Positions 46,012 through 55,942 of a stretch of DNA of 64,000 bases are shown here, one piece after another. Position 1 is the stretch's first letter; the number at the start of each line of letters is the position of its first letter. The position numbers were made by a program, and so were the translations under genes. The notes beneath the pieces were generated by a model. The model was not told the origin of the DNA. It was given only the letters and a program-made list of their open reading frames with translations, and did no database searches. Source of the DNA: an uncultured Verrucomicrobiota bacterium (GTDB taxonomy: Bacteria > Verrucomicrobiota > Verrucomicrobiia > Limisphaerales > UBA9464); the NCBI GenBank assembly GCA_903835555.1, contig CAILNN010000007.1, positions 16,342 through 80,341 of the forward strand, read 5' to 3'.

Positions 46012-47727
46012 ATGAAGTATATCTTTGTGACGGGAGGCGTCGTCAGTTCACTTGGGAAGGGGTTAACGGCTGCAGCCTTGGGTACCTTGTTGGAGAACCG
46101 TGGGCTGAAAGTGGCGCTGCAAAAATTTGACCCCTACCTGAACGTCGACCCAGGGACGATGAGCCCGACCCAGCACGGGGAGGTGTACGTTCTCGACGAT
46201 GGAGCGGAGACGGATTTGGATTTGGGACACTACGAACGCTTTACCAGCACCAAATTGACACGGCGGAATTCGACCACGAGCGGCCAAGTCTACCAAGAGG
46301 TCTTGAATAACGAACGGGCGGGAACCTATCTCGGGAAAACCGTGCAAGTCATTCCGCATGTGACCGATGAAATCCAGCGGCGAATTTTGCAATTGGCTAC
46401 CGATTCCAAGGTAGACGTCGTCATCACGGAAATCGGTGGAACGGTGGGAGACATTGAAGGGCTTCCTTTTCTCGAAGCGATCCGGGAATTCGCGCTGGAT
46501 GTTGGGCCGGGCAACGTCTGTTTCATCCATGTAACCTATGTCCCGTTCATCAAAGCTGCTGGTGAGCTCAAGACAAAGCCGACCCAGCAGAGCGTCGCGA
46601 AGCTGCGGGAGATCGGTATCACACCGCATCTGTTGGTATGTCGCTGCGAACAACCGTTGAACAAGGAGTTGCGAAGCAAGTTGAGCCTGTTTTGCAATGT
46701 GCCCTACGAAGCGGTCATCGAGGAAAAGGATGTCGAGCATTCAATCTACGAAGTACCGCTCATGCTCCAGCGGGAGCGATTGGACGACCTCGTTTGCAAG
46801 TACTTCCAAATCGTTGCCCCGCCAGCAAACATGTTTCAATGGCAGGAGGTGATTCGACGTCTCGTGGCACCTCAGCATCGGGTGCGAGTTGGCGTGGTCG
46901 GGAAGTACACCGGACTGGCTGACGCTTATAAGTCCGTCCACGAGGCATTGGTGCATGCCGGGATTGCGAGTGATTGCCGCGTCCAGATCGAGCCAATCGA
47001 CGCCGAGGAAGTTGAAAAGGCGGATGGATTGGAGCTACTCAAGGGGTTGGGTGGCATTCTGGTCCCTGGTGGATTCGGCAATCGCGGGATCGAAGGCAAA
47101 ATCCGGGCGGCAAGGTATGCCCGCGAAAACGAGATTCCCTATCTTGGGCTTTGCCTGGGCATGCAGGTGGCGACAATCGAATTCGCCCGCAACATCCTGG
47201 GTTTGAAGAGTGCTAATTCAACCGAGTTCGACGAACTTACCCCTGATCCGGTCATCCATTTGCAGGAGACCCAACGGCATGTGAAACGCAAGGGCGGCTC
47301 CATGCGACTGGGGGCTCAGGAGAGTGCCATCCGTGAGGGCACATTGACCCGAAGGATTTACGATGCGGCCCTGGTGAGCGAACGGCATCGCCATCGATAT
47401 GAGTTTAATAATCTGTATCGTGAACGATTTGAAGCCCGCGGGTTTGTCATCAGCGCAACGACCCCCGACGATCAATTGGTGGAGATTATTGAGTTGAAAG
47501 ATCATCCATTTTTTGTTGCCTCGCAATTCCATCCCGAATTTCAGAGCAAGCCGACCAAGCCACATCCGCTATTTGTCGGGTTCATCACCGCTGCTCACCA
47601 AAGACAACATCACACTCCTCTAGTCCCAATTATTGCACCACCGATTTCCGCGCCAACGGCCGCAGAAAACAGGGCAGGAGCGGTAGCAGCGAGGATTTCG
47701 ACCCGCCCCGTGGACGCCGCCCAATAA
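46012..47727 (+). CDS. pyrG: CTP synthase
   Basis: It starts [17 protein letters not shown] and has a GATase domain ([14 protein letters not shown]). A Pro/Ala-rich tail of about 40 aa follows. Confidence 0.95.
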   Translation: MKYIFVTGGVVSSLGKGLTAAALGTLLENRGLKVALQKFDPYLNVDPGTMSPTQHGEVYVLDDGAETDLDLGHYERFTSTKLTRRNSTTSGQVYQEVLNNERAGTYLGKTVQVIPHVTDEIQRRILQLATDSKVDVVITEIGGTVGDIEGLPFLEAIREFALDVGPGNVCFIHVTYVPFIKAAGELKTKPTQQSVAKLREIGITPHLLVCRCEQPLNKELRSKLSLFCNVPYEAVIEEKDVEHSIYEVPLMLQRERLDDLVCKYFQIVAPPANMFQWQEVIRRLVAPQHRVRVGVVGKYTGLADAYKSVHEALVHAGIASDCRVQIEPIDAEEVEKADGLELLKGLGGILVPGGFGNRGIEGKIRAARYARENEIPYLGLCLGMQVATIEFARNILGLKSANSTEFDELTPDPVIHLQETQRHVKRKGGSMRLGAQESAIREGTLTRRIYDAALVSERHRHRYEFNNLYRERFEARGFVISATTPDDQLVEIIELKDHPFFVASQFHPEFQSKPTKPHPLFVGFITAAHQRQHHTPLVPIIAPPISAPTAAENRAGAVAARISTRPVDAAQ

Positions 47728-47754
47728 GCCGCGGGCTCGTTCGGTTGGAAGGGC

Positions 47755-48987
47755 TCAGATGACCGGTCCAGAGCCCTTGCTATCCAGACAAACAATGGAG
47801 CCTTGGGCATTTCGGACGTATATCCGACCATTAGCCAACACAGGGACGGTCCAGCACTTGCCCCCGGTTACTTGGGCGCGGGCAACTTCAGAGTATTTAT
47901 CTGGGCGTGCCTCGGCGATAATAAGTTCGCCGCGTCCAGTGATCCAAATGAGTTTGCCGTCTGCCAAGGTCATGTTACCGGTTTCGGATGAAGGGGAGGT
48001 CCATTGGACCTTTCCGGTGGCGATTTCGAGACATTTGAGCTTGGAATCCTTGTCACCGCCCTGGCCATCAATGGCATAAATAAAACCGCCGACGGCAACG
48101 CCGGTGGAAAAATGGCTTCGGACCTCCTTGTTGATCCAGATAGGGGACGGTTTCCCATCGCCAAATGCGATGACTCCAGCCCCGGTCCCGTAGCCTGAAG
48201 AGAGAAACATCTTGTCGCCCACAACGATGGGGTCGGCGGAATTCACTTCGTAGGAGGTCTTCCAGGGATGATGCCATAGGACCTCGCCGGTCTTGGTTTC
48301 AACTGCCCATACTTCTTTGGCTCCGAAAATGGCGACAGCCTGCTTGCCCGTGGAGACAAATGGGACTGGCGTCCCGTAGCCTGCGGCTTCCTTGCCGGAA
48401 GACCAAACAACCTCGCCCGACGCCTTCTTGACTGCGAGTCCGTGTTGGCCGAAATTGAGAACCAGGAGGTCTCCAGCAACATGCGGTGAACCAGCGAAGC
48501 CCCAATCGGGTGTCGTTAGACCGAGATCTTTGGCGAATGTCTTTTGCCAAATCACTTTTCCGCTGGCTGTTTCGAGGCAAAATACATGACCTGATTTGGA
48601 GACGGAATAGAGGCGATCGGTGTCCACTGTCGGGGTGGCACTCGGTCCTCCCTCGTAGTATTTCGGATCGAGCTCTTCGGGATAGGCATGGACCCATTTC
48701 TCCAAACCGGAGGTGGCGTCGAGGCAGTAAATCCGGTCTTCTTTGCCATTGTTTCCGACGGTAAAGAGTCGTCCAGCGGCAATGCTGACCGAGGCAAAGC
48801 CGGTGCCAACGTTTTTCTTCCACAACTGACGCGGCTGACCACCAGGCCAAGCACCCAGCCAGTTTTTCTCGGTCGAAATGCCATTGAATTGTTCACCACG
48901 AAACCGGGGCCAATCTTCCGCAAAAGCAAGGCTCAGACTGAGCGCTGAAACCAAAGTGTAACCGATCCAAGGAAGCAGAGGACGCAT
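47755..48987 (-). CDS. PQQ-like/BamB-like beta-propeller repeat protein, secreted
   Basis: It has a signal peptide and repeated propeller blades of the form G.V.W... (EDWPRFRG start). Confidence 0.7.
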   Translation of the reverse strand: MRPLLPWIGYTLVSALSLSLAFAEDWPRFRGEQFNGISTEKNWLGAWPGGQPRQLWKKNVGTGFASVSIAAGRLFTVGNNGKEDRIYCLDATSGLEKWVHAYPEELDPKYYEGGPSATPTVDTDRLYSVSKSGHVFCLETASGKVIWQKTFAKDLGLTTPDWGFAGSPHVAGDLLVLNFGQHGLAVKKASGEVVWSSGKEAAGYGTPVPFVSTGKQAVAIFGAKEVWAVETKTGEVLWHHPWKTSYEVNSADPIVVGDKMFLSSGYGTGAGVIAFGDGKPSPIWINKEVRSHFSTGVAVGGFIYAIDGQGGDKDSKLKCLEIATGKVQWTSPSSETGNMTLADGKLIWITGRGELIIAEARPDKYSEVARAQVTGGKCWTVPVLANGRIYVRNAQGSIVCLDSKGSGPVI

Positions 48988-49059
48988 AGCCGAACGGTAA
49001 CCTTGGTTGCCAGCCCGTCAATCAGTGCCTGTCCCACGCCTGCTGAAGAGGTCACCCCA

Positions 49060-50916
49060 CTAGATAGACGTTTGGAAGGTTTGATTCGTCCCCTGACTAT
49101 CCTGCATTTCCGCCAAACGGCGATAGGCCCCGTGTTCCCGCTGAATCAATTCCGAGTGTGAACCAGATTCAATCACGGTACCTGATTGAATGAAATAGAT
49201 GCGATCGACATTCCGAATGGTTGAGAGACGGTGGGCTATGATAAAGGCCGTCCGCCCTTCTAATAGCACATTCAGCGCCTGTTGGATGAGTTGCTCGTTT
49301 TCTGAATCTAGCGAACTTGTGGCCTCGTCTAGAATCAGAATGGCCGGGTCCTTGAGCAACGCCCGGGCAATGGCGATACGCTGGCGTTGGCCACCGGATA
49401 GTTTGACTCCCCGCTCGCCGACCACGGTGGAATAACCGTCCGGGAAGCGCTCAATGAATTCATCGCAGATTGCCCGGCGTGCGGCCAATCTCACATCTTC
49501 AGAAGTGGCACTGGGTCGCCCATAACGGATGTTTTCCTCGATGGTACCACCGAAAAGCAGGACTTCCTGGGGAACGATGGCTAGGTTTCGGCGGAGTTCA
49601 ACCACGGGAATCTCACTGGCCAATCGTCCGTCAAAGAGAATGGTCCCGTGGACCGGTTCGTAAAAGCGTAGGAGCAGAGAAACAATCGTGGATTTCCCGG
49701 CACCACTGGGCCCGACAAGAGCGATTTTCTGGCCCGGAGCAGCCTCCAATTGTAGTCGCTGAAGAACCGGGGCGTCTGGACGGGACGGGTAATGAAAATC
49801 CACCTGATTAAAACGAACTTCTCCGCGGAAACGAGGCTTGGGCGTTTCGCCTGGGACGGAGACAGCCATCACATTTAGCTCGGTCGGCTCAGCCATTAAC
49901 TCCCGGACGCGTTCAGTCGCGCCAAGCGTCTTCTGGACTTGGCTAAATACATCAGCAAAGGAGGCAACCGAGCCCCCGACAAAGGTGGTATAGAGTAGAA
50001 AGCGGGTCAGTTCACCAAAGGTCAATTCCCCGGCCTGCATCAAGCGGGCACCGTACCAGAATACCAGGACAATCGAGCCAAAGACTCCAAAGATGATAAA
50101 CGAGATTAGCGATGCTCGAAAGCGGGCCGTCTTAAGGATAACGACCAGGAATTCGTTGAGGCAACGTGAGTAGCGGTCGAGTTCAAATCGCTCGTTGCCA
50201 AAGGCCTTGACTCCGGCGATACCATGAAGTGATTCCTCAACGACAATGGCACCATCGGCCAATCGATCTTGACCGATCCGGGATACTCCCCGAATTCTTC
50301 GTCCCATCATAATGGCGGCGAGCAGTAGGACTGGGAAACTTGAGATCATGACGGCACTTAGCCGAAACGACGTCAACGCGATTAGGGTAACGCCGCCTAA
50401 TAACAAGGCAGATTGCCGAAGGCACTGAGGGATGGTCGATGTCAGCGTGTCCTGAATAATGGAAAGATCGGTGCCAAGTCGGCTGGAGAGTTCACCAACT
50501 CGGCGTTGAGCAAAGAAGGACATGGGCTGCCCCAATAGATGAGCGAAGGTTTCTCGACGAATATCGACCAGTGCCGATTCGCCACACCGATTAAATCCAT
50601 ACGAAGAAATAAACGAAAACGCGGCTTGAATCGCCAGAGTACCGAGGAGTGTCAACGCAATTTGGTTGAGTGAATCGTGAGCATTTCCAGCGCTATTGGG
50701 GGTTACTCGCGAAGCATCCAGTAGTTTCCCGGTGAGGTAGGGAAATGCCAAGCCCAGCGACGACGAAATGACTAATGCAAGAACGGAAATCGAAAAGCGA
50801 ATCCGATAGGGGAGCAAGTAGCGGAAGATACGACTCGCTTGCCGAAAGGATTCCAATCGGGAGGGACGCAGTCCTGACAATCGAAGGGGTGAGTTTGAGT
50901 CCAAAGGTGACGACAC
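49060..50916 (-). CDS. ABC exporter, fused permease/ATPase (MsbA/multidrug type)
   Basis: It has a six-TM N-terminal half, Walker A (GPSGAGKST), the signature motif (LSGGQRQRIAIARAL) and Walker B (ILILDEATS). Confidence 0.88.
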   Translation of the reverse strand: MSSPLDSNSPLRLSGLRPSRLESFRQASRIFRYLLPYRIRFSISVLALVISSSLGLAFPYLTGKLLDASRVTPNSAGNAHDSLNQIALTLLGTLAIQAAFSFISSYGFNRCGESALVDIRRETFAHLLGQPMSFFAQRRVGELSSRLGTDLSIIQDTLTSTIPQCLRQSALLLGGVTLIALTSFRLSAVMISSFPVLLLAAIMMGRRIRGVSRIGQDRLADGAIVVEESLHGIAGVKAFGNERFELDRYSRCLNEFLVVILKTARFRASLISFIIFGVFGSIVLVFWYGARLMQAGELTFGELTRFLLYTTFVGGSVASFADVFSQVQKTLGATERVRELMAEPTELNVMAVSVPGETPKPRFRGEVRFNQVDFHYPSRPDAPVLQRLQLEAAPGQKIALVGPSGAGKSTIVSLLLRFYEPVHGTILFDGRLASEIPVVELRRNLAIVPQEVLLFGGTIEENIRYGRPSATSEDVRLAARRAICDEFIERFPDGYSTVVGERGVKLSGGQRQRIAIARALLKDPAILILDEATSSLDSENEQLIQQALNVLLEGRTAFIIAHRLSTIRNVDRIYFIQSGTVIESGSHSELIQREHGAYRRLAEMQDSQGTNQTFQTSI

Positions 50917-50972
50917 GGCGAGACGTTAACCGACATCCGGTCAATTCCCAAACATGGCCCCGAAGAACCGGT

Positions 50973-51230
50973 CTATGTCTCCGGCGAAACCGGGGAAAGT
51001 TGTAAATCACGCATCCGGAAAACCGGTTCCCCCGCTAGAAACCGAAACTTTCTGGCCCCATCCCGCCACGTTTGTCGTTGTTCTTCGGAAAGTAACTCCA
51101 ACTCCTTGCGCGTGAACTCGGCTTTCTCCTCCCCATGGACAAGGGCATAGAGCCGCAATAACTCTTCGTCAGTGGGAAGAATAGAAGGACGTTGAGGTAC
51201 CTCCACCAGGATATGGAAGTGATTGGACAT
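50973..51230 (-). pseudogene. Remnant of a REP-associated tyrosine transposase (RAYT / IS200-like Y1 transposase)
   Basis: FMSNHFHILVEVPQRPSILPTDEELLRL... matches the central HxH (NHFHILV) block and following helix of PVC-type RAYTs. The N-terminal half and the C-terminal catalytic Tyr region are missing. Confidence 0.6.
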
Positions 51231-51289
51231 AAAACCTGTCCCTTTGTTTTTTATTGCTTCCGGTCGGTGCTGCCTGATTCTTCTACGAT

Positions 51290-51961
51290 ATGCGTCTTGG
51301 TCTGCGTCGATTCCCGTTCTGGGGGATGTTGGCGATTTGTCTGTACCTAGTGACAGGGCTGGCGTGGGCACATCGGCTCGATGAGTACTTGCAGGCGGCT
51401 TTGGTCACGGTTGCGCCACGTCGGGTTACAATCGATCTGTCGCTGACGCCGGGGGTTGCGGTTGTATCAAATGTGGTTGCAGCTATTGATCTGGACAGGA
51501 ACCAAATTATCTCGCCCGAGGAGGAACGGGCATATGGAAAATTGGTGCTCAGCGACCTGACAGCGGAGCTGGACAAGGCGCACGTGCCGCTGCGTTTGGC
51601 TGGATCCAAGTTTCCCAAAATGAGCGAAATGCAGGAGGGGCAAGGCAGCGTCCAACTTCGGTTTGAAGGTCCCCTTCCCCGCCTGAATTCGGGATTTCAT
51701 CACCTGAGAATCGAGAATCGGCATCTTCCCGTAATCAGCCAGTACCTGGTGAATGCCTTGGTCCCGGAATCGCCAATGATTCTGATTCGGCACCAGGAGC
51801 GAAATGCGGCGCAGACTTCCTATACAGTGACGTTTGAAATTAGACAAAAAGAGCCCGATCCCCGGATAGCCGTGGAGCGCGCCCATTTGATTTTGGGAGC
51901 AATTGGAGTAGCCGCCATAGTGGGCGGATTGGGCGTTCTTAGGTCGATTCGGGGAAAATAG
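51290..51961 (+). CDS. Hypothetical secreted protein with C-terminal TM anchor
   Basis: It has a signal peptide (MLAICLYLVTGLAWA) and a C-terminal hydrophobic segment (LILGAIGVAAIVGGLGVL). I recognise no motif in it. Confidence 0.5.
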   Translation: MRLGLRRFPFWGMLAICLYLVTGLAWAHRLDEYLQAALVTVAPRRVTIDLSLTPGVAVVSNVVAAIDLDRNQIISPEEERAYGKLVLSDLTAELDKAHVPLRLAGSKFPKMSEMQEGQGSVQLRFEGPLPRLNSGFHHLRIENRHLPVISQYLVNALVPESPMILIRHQERNAAQTSYTVTFEIRQKEPDPRIAVERAHLILGAIGVAAIVGGLGVLRSIRGK

Positions 51962-52021
51962 CGCGCATAGGACCGATGGGACCTAGGATTGCAGGCTCCG
52001 GCACATCGCGGGTGTAAAACC

Positions 52022-52453
52022 TTAAATTCGGCCTTCGTCGGCGTCGATGCAGTCGAAAAAGGTTTGGATATCATCCCGCTGGAGCATCCCCAATTGGTCT
52101 TTACGGAAGCGTAAGCGCTCTTGGACGGCAGGGTCTTGATCTCGGCCGGAAAGGGGTAATGCATGATTCAGTGCCGCGCGTTCCGAGGACCGGGTGGGAT
52201 TGATATGGATTCGAACCCAATCGCAGATTTGGCCGTCAGTGGGGCAATCGCGGACCACTTCAACGAAGGCTTCGGGGGTAATGCCAGCCGCACTGATCCA
52301 GCGGGCATCAAACCCTTTGTGGAGAAAATTCTCCTGGTAATCGGAATGGAGTTGGCCAGCCAGATGGAGCCGGATTTTATCGATCAGCCTGGGCAGGTAA
52401 ATCCAGCCAGCCATCATTTCACGGGGAGAACGAGGAAAAATGCGTGCGCTCAT
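52022..52453 (-). CDS. DUF5069 domain protein
   Basis: PRSPREMMAGWIYLPRLIDKIR...DYQENF matches the DUF5069 pattern. Start chosen at MSARIF (52453), because the upstream ORF extension is low-complexity. Confidence 0.6.
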   Translation of the reverse strand: MSARIFPRSPREMMAGWIYLPRLIDKIRLHLAGQLHSDYQENFLHKGFDARWISAAGITPEAFVEVVRDCPTDGQICDWVRIHINPTRSSERAALNHALPLSGRDQDPAVQERLRFRKDQLGMLQRDDIQTFFDCIDADEGRI

Positions 52454-52561
52454 TTCGGGATGGTGGGGCGGCCCCCAGAAAAGCCAAGCACCGGTTTGGA
52501 TGGATTTCTGACACCAGCGCTTTTCCTGAAGACGAATCTCTGACAGGTTTTTCGGACTCAC

Positions 52562-53959
52562 ATGAACCCCTCGGATACGCAGCTGATTTTGCTGGCCCTG
52601 GCTGCGGTGGGAGTCTTGGTCGGCTTGATTACCCGCGCCAAGGTCAACGCCTTTATCGCCCTTCTGTTGGCGTCCCTGCTGGTTGGAGCCGGAGCATCGA
52701 TGAGCGGGCACCAGATTGCGGAAGCACCCGGAAAATGGGTGGCCTATACTTTGCCGGGAGTCGTTAAATCTTTTGGCGATGGTCTGGGAGCGACTTTGGG
52801 CGGCATCGCGGCGGTGGTAGGATTGGGAACAATGCTCGGGCGGCTACTTGCTGAATCAGGAGGAGCCGAAGTCTTGGCTAGGCAATTCGCCTGTTTTTTT
52901 GGCCCCAAGTACATTCAGTGGTGCATCATGGCCCTGGCGTTGGCGGTGGGTTTGACCACCTGGTTTGCGGTAGGCTTGGTGCTCTTGCTGCCGATCCTGC
53001 TGACATTGACCCATGAGACCAAACAGCCGTTTCTGCGGTTGACCCTGCCGTTGCTGGCCTGTCTATCGGTGATGCATGGGGTTATGCCACCGCATCCCGG
53101 ACCAGTCGTTGCTGCAGGCGCACTAAAGACGAGTCTGGGACTTGTCTTGTTTTGGGGAATGATCATTGGACTACCAACGGCAGCCATTGCGGGTCCGGTC
53201 TGGGCGAAGTTTGCGGTCACTTGGGTCGAGGCTACACCACCCGCCATCCCGAATCGTTCCTTGACATTGGCTGCGGGGCGTCGCCTCCCGGGCTTCAGGT
53301 TGACCCTTTTTTCCATCCTGTTACCAGTCCTGTTAATGTTAATTGCAACCGCCGCCGAGCTTTTCCCGCCTCCCCAGCCCGCGATTCGTTCTGCCTTTAA
53401 TTTCATTGGAAATCCGACCATTGCGCTGACAATTGCCGTCCTCTTTGCCTCATGGTCACTGGGCACGGGGTGTGGATTTCGCCGTGCGGAAGTACTCAAG
53501 TTTACCGAACAATCAATCGCTGCAGTGGGTATGACTGTCCTCGTGATCGGTGGAGGCGGAGGGTTTGCCCGTGTCTTGCGAGATAGCGGTGTGGCTGATG
53601 CCATTGGGCGATTGGGACAGTCCGCCCATCTTTCACCACTGCTGTATGGGTGGCTGGTGTCGGCGTTTATTCGGGTGGCGACAGGGTCAGCCACGGTGGC
53701 AATCACCACGGCGTCGTCGCTGCTCATACCGGTCATCGCGTTGCATCCCGAGATGGATGAAAATCACAAGGCCCTGATTATTGTTGCCATCGGGTGCGGA
53801 TCGTTGTTCCTCTCGCACCTGAATGACTCTGGCTTTTGGATGGTGAAGGACAGTCTGGGGCTTTCGGTTGGGCAAACACTTCGGACCTGGACGGTGTGTG
53901 AAACGATCGTGGGAATTGCTGGAATGCTTTTTTCGTGGGCGGCTTATTCGGTGTTGTAA
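52562..53959 (+). CDS. GntP-family gluconate/carboxylate:H+ symporter
   Basis: It is a polytopic protein of about 465 aa with GntP-like N-terminal and C-terminal patterns (KVNAFIALLLASLLVG..., GSLFLSHLNDSGFWMV). Confidence 0.8.
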   Translation: MNPSDTQLILLALAAVGVLVGLITRAKVNAFIALLLASLLVGAGASMSGHQIAEAPGKWVAYTLPGVVKSFGDGLGATLGGIAAVVGLGTMLGRLLAESGGAEVLARQFACFFGPKYIQWCIMALALAVGLTTWFAVGLVLLLPILLTLTHETKQPFLRLTLPLLACLSVMHGVMPPHPGPVVAAGALKTSLGLVLFWGMIIGLPTAAIAGPVWAKFAVTWVEATPPAIPNRSLTLAAGRRLPGFRLTLFSILLPVLLMLIATAAELFPPPQPAIRSAFNFIGNPTIALTIAVLFASWSLGTGCGFRRAEVLKFTEQSIAAVGMTVLVIGGGGGFARVLRDSGVADAIGRLGQSAHLSPLLYGWLVSAFIRVATGSATVAITTASSLLIPVIALHPEMDENHKALIIVAIGCGSLFLSHLNDSGFWMVKDSLGLSVGQTLRTWTVCETIVGIAGMLFSWAAYSVL

Positions 53960-53990
53960 ATAGGAGGTTGCTCAACCGGAGGCCTTATGC

Positions 53991-55796
53991 TCAGGCGACC
54001 GATTTTCGCTTCCAGGCGGCGATGAACATCCCGTTTCCACCCGTGTCATTCGGCCACAGGGTCAAGGGCGAACCAACTGGGGCTTGTGGAGAAAATGGAT
54101 TGGCGAATGGCAGCGGCTCGAATTCCGATGCGAACGTGTGAGTGAACCAATCGGAGATTTCAACCGTCTCGGCGCGGGTCACGGTACAGACGGCGTAGAT
54201 TAAGCGTCCGCCCGGTTTTAGCGAACCGCGGGCGTTGGTCAGCAGCCGCCGCTGGGCCTCGACAAGTTCTTGGATGTCAATCGGGGTGGTTGTCCACCGC
54301 GCATGCGGGTTGCGCCCCCAAGTACCGACACCGGAGCACGGCGCATCGACCAAGATGCCGTCGAACTCCGTCTTCGTCGGTGGCTTCTCTCCCCCATCCC
54401 ACGGTGCCACACGATAGTTAAAGCAATGAGCGCGGGCGGTCCTTCGGCGCAGGCGCTCCAACCGCCAAGCGGCTCTATCGCTCGCCCAAATCATGCCTTT
54501 TCCGCCCATGAGGGCCGACAGATGCAATGTCTTTCCCCCTTCCCCGGCACAGGCATCCCACCACGTTTCGGTCCCCCGCGGGGCGCAAACCAAGCTCACG
54601 GCCTGAGAGGCCAAGTCCTGAATCTCAAACTCGCCCGCCTGGAAAGCTGGATGAATGAATAAATCCTCGGATCCTTGATACAGGAAGCTCCCGGCGAAAG
54701 GGCCTGGACAAACCTCCAATTCCTGAGGCAATTCTTCGATATACGCAGGATGCACACGAAGCCAAAGGCGGGGGGCGCTCTGTAGGCTGCGAGCCCAGTG
54801 CGCAGGTGCTTCCACATGCAACCAAGTCCATTCTGGAACGGTATGCGCCCGGAGATCGGAGTCGGAGAAGGAAACAGGATCACGATCAAATCGGGCTGCC
54901 AATTCCGCCGAATGTTCTAACCGCGCTTCAATGGGACCATCCGCATCCAGCCAGCCAAACCAGCGGTAGTGTTGGAAGACAGCGCGACTGATTGCTTCGG
55001 CTTCCACCGGGCTCAAGCCACGAGCATTCTTGAGGACACTGCGCAACGCAGCGTCTGCCGGCACATCCCGATTGGCTCGCTCAATTACTTCCGCCGCCAA
55101 TTCAGGAACGGAAATCGGTTTCGCCGGTGGTTCGGGCCTCCGAAAGGAGCGGACCGGCCCACCCAAGGTCGGGGACGACATCAGTTGACCGCGTCCGGGA
55201 CGCTCGTCAAATCCGAGCCTCTCCGGTCCATCGCGCCAAGGTCCGCCTGGTCCGCTAGGACCCTCTGGACGCCGAAAACGGTCAACACCTTGAAACCGGT
55301 CCTGTCCAGGTAAAGAAAACCGGGGGGGACCGCGAAACTCAGGTCGTCCGGGGCCATCGCGACGCAACTCTCCCGGACCTCGATCGGGTCGGGTACTCCA
55401 TGGGCGTCGCTGCTGCTGATTTGAAAATGAGGGTGGGCCTCCTTCTGGACGATCGGAGTATCCGCCCCCATCCGCGGAAGGACGGGCAAGAGGAGGTCTT
55501 GGACCGGGGGGGCGAGAATTATCGGGACGCGAAGGATAATCCTGATTAGGTTGTCCAGCCGGTCCTCTGGAAATCGGGTTCTGTGTTTCGCCTCGGCGAA
55601 AAAAGGGCCGTTGTCCATTTCGAATGGCATCGCGCTCCTGTCGTCCCGGTCGACCGGGACGAATCTCGCGAAACTCCTCTTGAACATGGCCTTCGGGTGA
55701 AAACACCAATCGACGCTTCCAAGTGGAAGGAGCGGGCCGGGGACCATTTCGATTGGGTGATGGGCGTCCAGGAGGCGAAGGGCGATTGGAATTCAT
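53991..55796 (-). CDS. RsmB/NOL1/NOP2/Sun-family RNA m5C methyltransferase with long Arg/Pro/Gly-rich N-terminal extension
   Basis: It has DACAGEGGKTLHL, ILVDAPCSGVGTWGRNP and LIYAVCT motifs plus a NusB-like middle region. Start chosen at MNSNRPSPPG (55796). Confidence 0.75.
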   Translation of the reverse strand: MNSNRPSPPGRPSPNRNGPRPAPSTWKRRLVFSPEGHVQEEFREIRPGRPGRQERDAIRNGQRPFFRRGETQNPISRGPAGQPNQDYPSRPDNSRPPGPRPPLARPSADGGGYSDRPEGGPPSFSNQQQRRPWSTRPDRGPGELRRDGPGRPEFRGPPRFSLPGQDRFQGVDRFRRPEGPSGPGGPWRDGPERLGFDERPGRGQLMSSPTLGGPVRSFRRPEPPAKPISVPELAAEVIERANRDVPADAALRSVLKNARGLSPVEAEAISRAVFQHYRWFGWLDADGPIEARLEHSAELAARFDRDPVSFSDSDLRAHTVPEWTWLHVEAPAHWARSLQSAPRLWLRVHPAYIEELPQELEVCPGPFAGSFLYQGSEDLFIHPAFQAGEFEIQDLASQAVSLVCAPRGTETWWDACAGEGGKTLHLSALMGGKGMIWASDRAAWRLERLRRRTARAHCFNYRVAPWDGGEKPPTKTEFDGILVDAPCSGVGTWGRNPHARWTTTPIDIQELVEAQRRLLTNARGSLKPGGRLIYAVCTVTRAETVEISDWFTHTFASEFEPLPFANPFSPQAPVGSPLTLWPNDTGGNGMFIAAWKRKSVA

Positions 55797-55942
55797 GAAA
55801 GAATAGTAACAGGGGGGCCACTTCCATTGCCTTCTTCCGCAGACGACCACGTCGAGGTATCCCCAGGTCGAATGGCGAAGGCGCGACGGGCCAAACCAGT
55901 CTGTTATTTTCGCGGAAAACGTCCTTGATGCAAGCCAATGGA

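Noticed and set aside
46063-46740. 225-aa ORF on the minus strand
   Set aside because: It is antisense to pyrG.
52915-53736. 273-aa ORF on the minus strand
   Set aside because: It is antisense to the GntP-family permease gene and has no motifs.
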